Shown here piece after piece: positions 59,555 to 64,000 of a stretch of DNA of 64,000 nt. This stretch comes from an uncultured delta proteobacterium (lineage in GTDB: Bacteria; Desulfobacterota; RBG-13-43-22). How positions within the stretch are numbered: position 1 is the first letter of the stretch; each line of letters opens with the position of its first letter. The stretch is from positions 128,001 to 192,000 of the forward strand of contig CAVUPH010000006.1 in NCBI GenBank assembly GCA_963743305.1. Direction: 5' to 3'. Made by a program: the position numbers and the translations under genes. The notes under the pieces are model-generated. The model searched no databases. It was not told where the DNA came from and worked only from the letters and a program-made list of their open reading frames with translations.

Positions 59555-60457
59555 TTAGCGGGTACGATCTCGAAGCTGCTGGATTAGCGGGGGTCCTTGG
59601 GCGAGATCCTGCAAATCAACTACCCCCAGAACGTATTTCCCGGAAGATTGCAGGCATACACCGCCATAAAGGGGGTCCCGGGCGCAAAGAATTTCACCGG
59701 AGGATTCCGGTTCCCTTTTCAGGGCGCCCCCCTTTTCTTTAAGGGCCTGTTCGTAGGCCTGTATCGTCTGGCGGGCTTCCGCGATCGATTCCTCCAGGAG
59801 AACAAAGATCCGGACCGGACGGCCGTCAAGGAGGGCCTGGGCGGTTAACCCTTTCTTGAAAAAGGGATACCCCAGGACGCTCTGGGGGATATATTTTTCG
59901 GTTTTGGGGATCAGGGCGGAAATCCCGAGTAATGTTAATTCCGGAGGGCTTTTGGATGAAGTCGGCAGATTCCTGGATATCAAACCGGCCAGGTTCAGAA
60001 AAACCGCCTGGTCTTGAGTGGCAGCACCGGAAGCATTGAGCTGAACAAAGTACCGGCCCTGGTAAAACATCAATTGCGACGGGCTGACAAAACCCTCGAT
60101 ACCCGCCTTTACCGGTTCGGCCGTCGGCTTACGATAGTTGGCGTAAATCCCGAAGGCTTCCAGGTCTGAACCCATCTCGTAGACATCGGCGGCAATACCC
60201 AGTTTTTCATTGCCGTCTTTTAAGTAAAGGCCGGCGGTCAGAATCTTAAAGCCGAACTGGAGATAGAGCTCGGCCTCCCCGTTGATATATTCGAAGAGGT
60301 CTTCCCCGGTGTATTTTTTGATTGGGCCTGCCAGTGCCCACCCGGGCAATAATCCGGAAAGCGGCAGTAGCCGCGTGTCGGCTTTCGCCTCCGGCAACAG
60401 CCCGATCCCTATCAGACAAAAAAAGAGTACCTGTATTATTCCTCGGATTTTCTTCAT
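59555..60457 (-). CDS. exported protein, DUF6599-like
   Basis: Signal peptide, LFEYINGEAELY, VYEMGS..EAFGIY. Confidence 0.75.
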   Translation of the reverse strand: MKKIRGIIQVLFFCLIGIGLLPEAKADTRLLPLSGLLPGWALAGPIKKYTGEDLFEYINGEAELYLQFGFKILTAGLYLKDGNEKLGIAADVYEMGSDLEAFGIYANYRKPTAEPVKAGIEGFVSPSQLMFYQGRYFVQLNASGAATQDQAVFLNLAGLISRNLPTSSKSPPELTLLGISALIPKTEKYIPQSVLGYPFFKKGLTAQALLDGRPVRIFVLLEESIAEARQTIQAYEQALKEKGGALKREPESSGEILCARDPLYGGVCLQSSGKYVLGVVDLQDLAQGPPLIQQLRDRTR

Positions 60458-60492
60458 GGTGTCCGGTTGTTCTTCCGATTGGTTTCAGAGCG

Positions 60493-61662
60493 CTAGGCAA
60501 ATACCCGTTTGGCCCGCTCCAGCTTGGCCGGGATATCGATCCCGTTTACACAGGAAGCCGTACATTCCGAACAATCCAGACAGGACTTCAAGGAGGCCTG
60601 AGGGGGGATTTCCCGATAGGTATCCATGGCCAAGTCTAGACTGTCGTAGGCTTCGGCGTACATCAGGGAACGGTTGATGTCGCTGATGGCCACTCCGCGA
60701 GAACAGAATCCCTCGCAGCTTCCGCAGAACTGACAGTAATAAGGACTGATGGCCTGACCATACCTTTTCAGGATCTGTTCATCCGCTCGGGTCAGGGCCA
60801 TCCCCATGACGGCCAGATCCTCCCGGAGATGCGCGAGATCCTTCATCCCCGGGATGGCCGCCGTTATGTGGGTATCCTGCAAGGCCCACTTCAAAGCGGC
60901 CTGGTGTGGGCTGACCGGCCCCAGGGCCGAGGTCTGATACCCTCCGGCCTGGGTCTTCATGGCCACGATGCCGATCCCGGCCTGGGAGGCCCGGGCGATG
61001 GCTTGCTTGATTTCCGGGGGACTTTTAAAATTGTAGCCCACCAGGGCCACGTCGAAGAAGCGGTCCGGGTCGTCGGCCAGGGCATTGACGACTTCGGCTT
61101 GGTTGGTGTGGGTAGTCACCCCGAAAAACCGGACCTTGCCCTGCTTCCGCAATTGGACCAGGGCCTCCCGCACTTCCGGAAGGAAGGCCCGCTCTTTACT
61201 TTTGAGGCTATGGAGCTGGAGGACATCGAGGTAATCCGTCTGGAGCTCGGTAAGGCTCTCCTCCACGTCCCGAAAGATTTCTTTTTGGGTATCCGAGGTG
61301 GGTCGGGCTTTGGTGGCCAGATAGATTTTGTCTCGCCGCCCCTTGATGGCCTGGGCCACGATCCCCTCGTTCTTACCGTTCATGTAACGTCGGGCCGTAT
61401 CGATGTAGTTGATGCCCTGGTCCAGGCCGGCCCGGATGACTTCCGGCTCCGGCGTCAGCATGGCCCCGAAGCTGACCACCGTGATTTTCAGGCCGGTGCG
61501 GCCCAAGGTCCGGTAAACCGGGACGGCTTTTTCAGCCGAGGTCATCGAAACGCCCTCGGCAATTTCGTTTAATCCGGTGAGCCCCAGGGCTGCGGCGGCC
61601 CCTCCGCAAACACCCGCCTTGATAAATTGCCGACGGTTTATTTTTTTATCAATGTTTTCCAA
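60493..61662 (-). CDS. aldo/keto reductase with C-terminal Fe-S motifs and Tat-like leader
   Basis: NRRQFIK, YRTLGRTG, IDTARRY, CQFCGSCEGFC, CLDCSECTASC; TTG start after GGAGG. Confidence 0.9.
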   Translation of the reverse strand: MENIDKKINRRQFIKAGVCGGAAAALGLTGLNEIAEGVSMTSAEKAVPVYRTLGRTGLKITVVSFGAMLTPEPEVIRAGLDQGINYIDTARRYMNGKNEGIVAQAIKGRRDKIYLATKARPTSDTQKEIFRDVEESLTELQTDYLDVLQLHSLKSKERAFLPEVREALVQLRKQGKVRFFGVTTHTNQAEVVNALADDPDRFFDVALVGYNFKSPPEIKQAIARASQAGIGIVAMKTQAGGYQTSALGPVSPHQAALKWALQDTHITAAIPGMKDLAHLREDLAVMGMALTRADEQILKRYGQAISPYYCQFCGSCEGFCSRGVAISDINRSLMYAEAYDSLDLAMDTYREIPPQASLKSCLDCSECTASCVNGIDIPAKLERAKRVFA

Positions 61663-61689
61663 AATAACCTCCGCAAATGCTCTCGAGTC

Positions 61690-61732
61690 GTCATTGCGAG
61701 GAGTCACTTAGGCGTGACGACAAAGTAATCCC
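61690..61732. repeat. palindrome R3, partial
   Basis: GTCATTGCGAGGAGT...GTGACGACAAAGTAATCCC. Confidence 0.6.
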
Positions 61733-61741
61733 TATTTCAGC

Positions 61742-62266
61742 TTACTCCACCAACAACTTGGTTACTTCCCCCAGACATTTTTCCACCCATTGGTCCAGCA
61801 CCGCATTCGCGGTGGCATTGATGGGATGAGGGATCAGGACAAAAGGATAATCCGGGAAACCATGGGCCAGGGCCATGGCCTTGCCGGAGGACAGGAAGGG
61901 TTCGGTACAAATCACCGCCGTGGGTCGACCCAGCTTCTCCATGATGATGCCATCGAGCACACTGCCCGAGCTGCAGGAGCCTCAGTCCCCGACCCCGGCA
62001 ATAACCACCTGGCATTGCTCAGCCAGTATTTGGGCTTGATCGGCCGGGAGGCCGTGGGATACGGATGGCTTACGAACGTAGCGGTGACCGGCCAATCCCT
62101 CCCGGGCCAGCAATTTTTCCAGTATCCCCTTCAAGAGGTAATCGGAATTTTTTTTGCCGTTGTCAATGACCCCCAGGGTCACTCCCTTAAGTTTTTCCGG
62201 TCGCGGGGCCAGGGTAAAACTGGTTTTTATGGGTCCGTCGGTCGGATCCAGTACAATATAAGACAT
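61742..62266 (-). CDS. UGSC-family selenoprotein (in-frame UGA 61982-61984)
   Basis: Two track ORFs join: VIAGVGD-UGA-GSCSSGSVLDGIIMEKLGRPT; hairpin right after UGA. Confidence 0.88.
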
Positions 62267-62353
62267 GGGGTCCCTCACCTATTATTCCAATAGAATTTGA
62301 TTCTGACAGGTTCACAGTCGGATTTCGAATTTCGGGTTTCGAATTTTTTCTTT

Positions 62354-63445
62354 TCAGGTCGCCGGCCCCAACTGGGCCAGGGAGCGGGTTCAACCCCCGC
62401 CCGAACAGGTGCCGGCTTCAATCGGCCAGGTCACCGCCTTGGACATGTGCCTCCCGCCCCAGCCCGGGATAAAGGCCGAAAACCTCCCGGCTACTCCGCC
62501 GGCCATAATCAACAAAATATGGTTCGGGGAGGATACCGCCCTGATCATAGTGGTTTCATCCGCCGGGACTAGCGGCGCTTCAATCAGGCCGCCCCGTTTA
62601 AGATCGGCCAGGGGTCGGCAGGCTCGTTCATAAAGAAACTGCCGGACCCGATCTTTCTGCCACCCGCCCTCAATCAGCGTCTGGTAATGTTCCCGGCAGA
62701 GGACCACCACCCCTTCCGTATCCCCCAACATATTAAAGCTGCCCAGGCTGCGCATGCGGTCGGCCATGGTCAGCAAGATGTTTTCCGGTTTCAAGGCCCC
62801 GTGATTCTGAACCTGGTTGGGTCCTTCCGCCGCGAAAACCGTCACCGTGGCGCTCTCCCGGGGAAAACCCCGGGTCACTTGCAACGGCTCCCAACGGCTG
62901 TCTTCCTCTTCGGCGATACAATAGGTGTATTTTCCCGGGTTCCCCAAGGTACCTCGATCGAATTCTCTCCCCCCCAGATTAAACAGGATCAGACGGATCG
63001 CCCGGCCGATGGTGGCGTTGGCCCGATGGCCCGGCCCGAAAACATTTTGGCCGCTGTTCAATCCGATCTCCCGGATGATCGGTCCGTTGACGATCATTAA
63101 AATGGCGGTCCCGGCCGTGGTGGCCGTTACACCGTGCAAACCGAAATCGGGGTGGCTCATAGCCCGCACCGCCGCCACCACCACCGGAAAATATTCCGGG
63201 AGGCACCCGGCCATGACGGCATTGATGGCCGCCTTTTCCGCCGTGAAGACCCGGTTTCGTTCCGGAATGGATCCCAAGATTTCCGTTGACGGCAGTTGGG
63301 CCGCCGCCAGAAAAGCCCTTACTTTTTCCTCGGTCGGCGGGATGATCGGGAGGCCGTCGGTCCAGCCTCGGTCGTAAAAGTGGTCCCGGGCCTGCTCGGC
63401 ATCACTGAACTCCAGCCTGTCGGCATTTCCCAAATTGATTAACAT
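62354..63445 (-). CDS. uncharacterised UGSC-partner protein; ends at 62390, or 62354 if UGA is Sec
   Basis: GWTDGLPIIPPT, NAVMAGC, RANATIGRA, GNPGKY; tail TCSGGG-UGA-TRSLAQLGPAT. Confidence 0.8.
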
Positions 63446-63460
63446 TCCGTTTCTCCCAAG

Positions 63461-63937
63461 TTATCTTCCGGTGGGGGTCTCCCAGACCATGACCCAGGCA
63501 TCCTCTCCTTCCGGGGCATAATATCGGGGCCGGTGGTACAGCACCTTAAATCCCAACCTTTCGTAAAGTCCAATGGCCGCCTGGTTGGAAGGGCGGACTT
63601 CTAAAAATATTTTTTCGGCTTCTCGGCTTTCAGCTTCCTGAAGGAGATGATTCAGCAGCTTTCGTCCCAGGCCTTTACCCCGCAGGTCCGGGTGAACCGC
63701 AATATTCACCAATTGCAATTCCCCGGACAGGGTCCAAAAACAACTATATCCCAGCACCCTTTCCCCCGGCATTTCCTTAAGGACGAAGAGGCTGGCCGGG
63801 TACTTGGCCAGCTCTTCCTGGAACATGGCCCGGGTCCACGGATGGTGGAAGGAAGCCTGCTCGATGGCCCAAACGGCCTCCAGGTCTTTTTTCCGCGCCG
63901 CTTCAATAACCAGAAAATCCGAGGGAACGATGTTCAA
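63461..63937 (-). CDS. rimI: ribosomal protein alanine N-acetyltransferase
   Basis: IEQASFHHPW, NIAVHP, FLEVRPSN, RPRYY...EDA; start uncertain. Confidence 0.92.
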   Translation of the reverse strand: MNIVPSDFLVIEAARKKDLEAVWAIEQASFHHPWTRAMFQEELAKYPASLFVLKEMPGERVLGYSCFWTLSGELQLVNIAVHPDLRGKGLGRKLLNHLLQEAESREAEKIFLEVRPSNQAAIGLYERLGFKVLYHRPRYYAPEGEDAWVMVWETPTGR

Positions 63938-64000
63938 AGGGATAAAAGGCCGGGCCGATCCTCTCCGGAGAGTCAGGCCACTTCTTTTCTTAGTATTTCC

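Noticed and set aside
63938-64000. End of an upstream gene (tsaB would be expected before rimI)
   Set aside because: Too little sequence to identify.

Overview
Bacterial chromosomal window, most consistent with an anaerobic Desulfobacterota (deltaproteobacterial) sulfate reducer or syntroph, judged from qrcABCD, a Geobacter-like pilin N-terminus and a DUF3786 gene. Core content: rpsA-cmk-hisC, an HU/IHF gene followed by a large Alu-type SRP RNA, sigma54-driven pilMNOPQ and pilA, qrcABCD, mnmA/mtaB, signalling proteins, tRNA-His, a fused AccA-AccD, uup and rimI. Best lead: hidden UGA read-through genes. At 61.7-63.4 kb a UGSC-motif selenoprotein lies next to an uncharacterised partner ending C-S-G-G-G-(UGA), followed by a SECIS-like hairpin. 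This resembles a selenocysteine version of the ribonucleotide-reductase CxxGxC swinging tail. A third candidate, an exported DUF1573-like protein, follows qrcD. Also seen: several dispersed or nested palindromic repeat families with compensated stems, a diverged copy of the pilA 3' end, an S8 protease with two unknown paralogues carrying Chloroflexi-like LPLI tails, a Nudix pseudogene, and three single-base frameshifts that may be assembly errors. Family names come from motif recognition by eye; no searches or folding programs were run.
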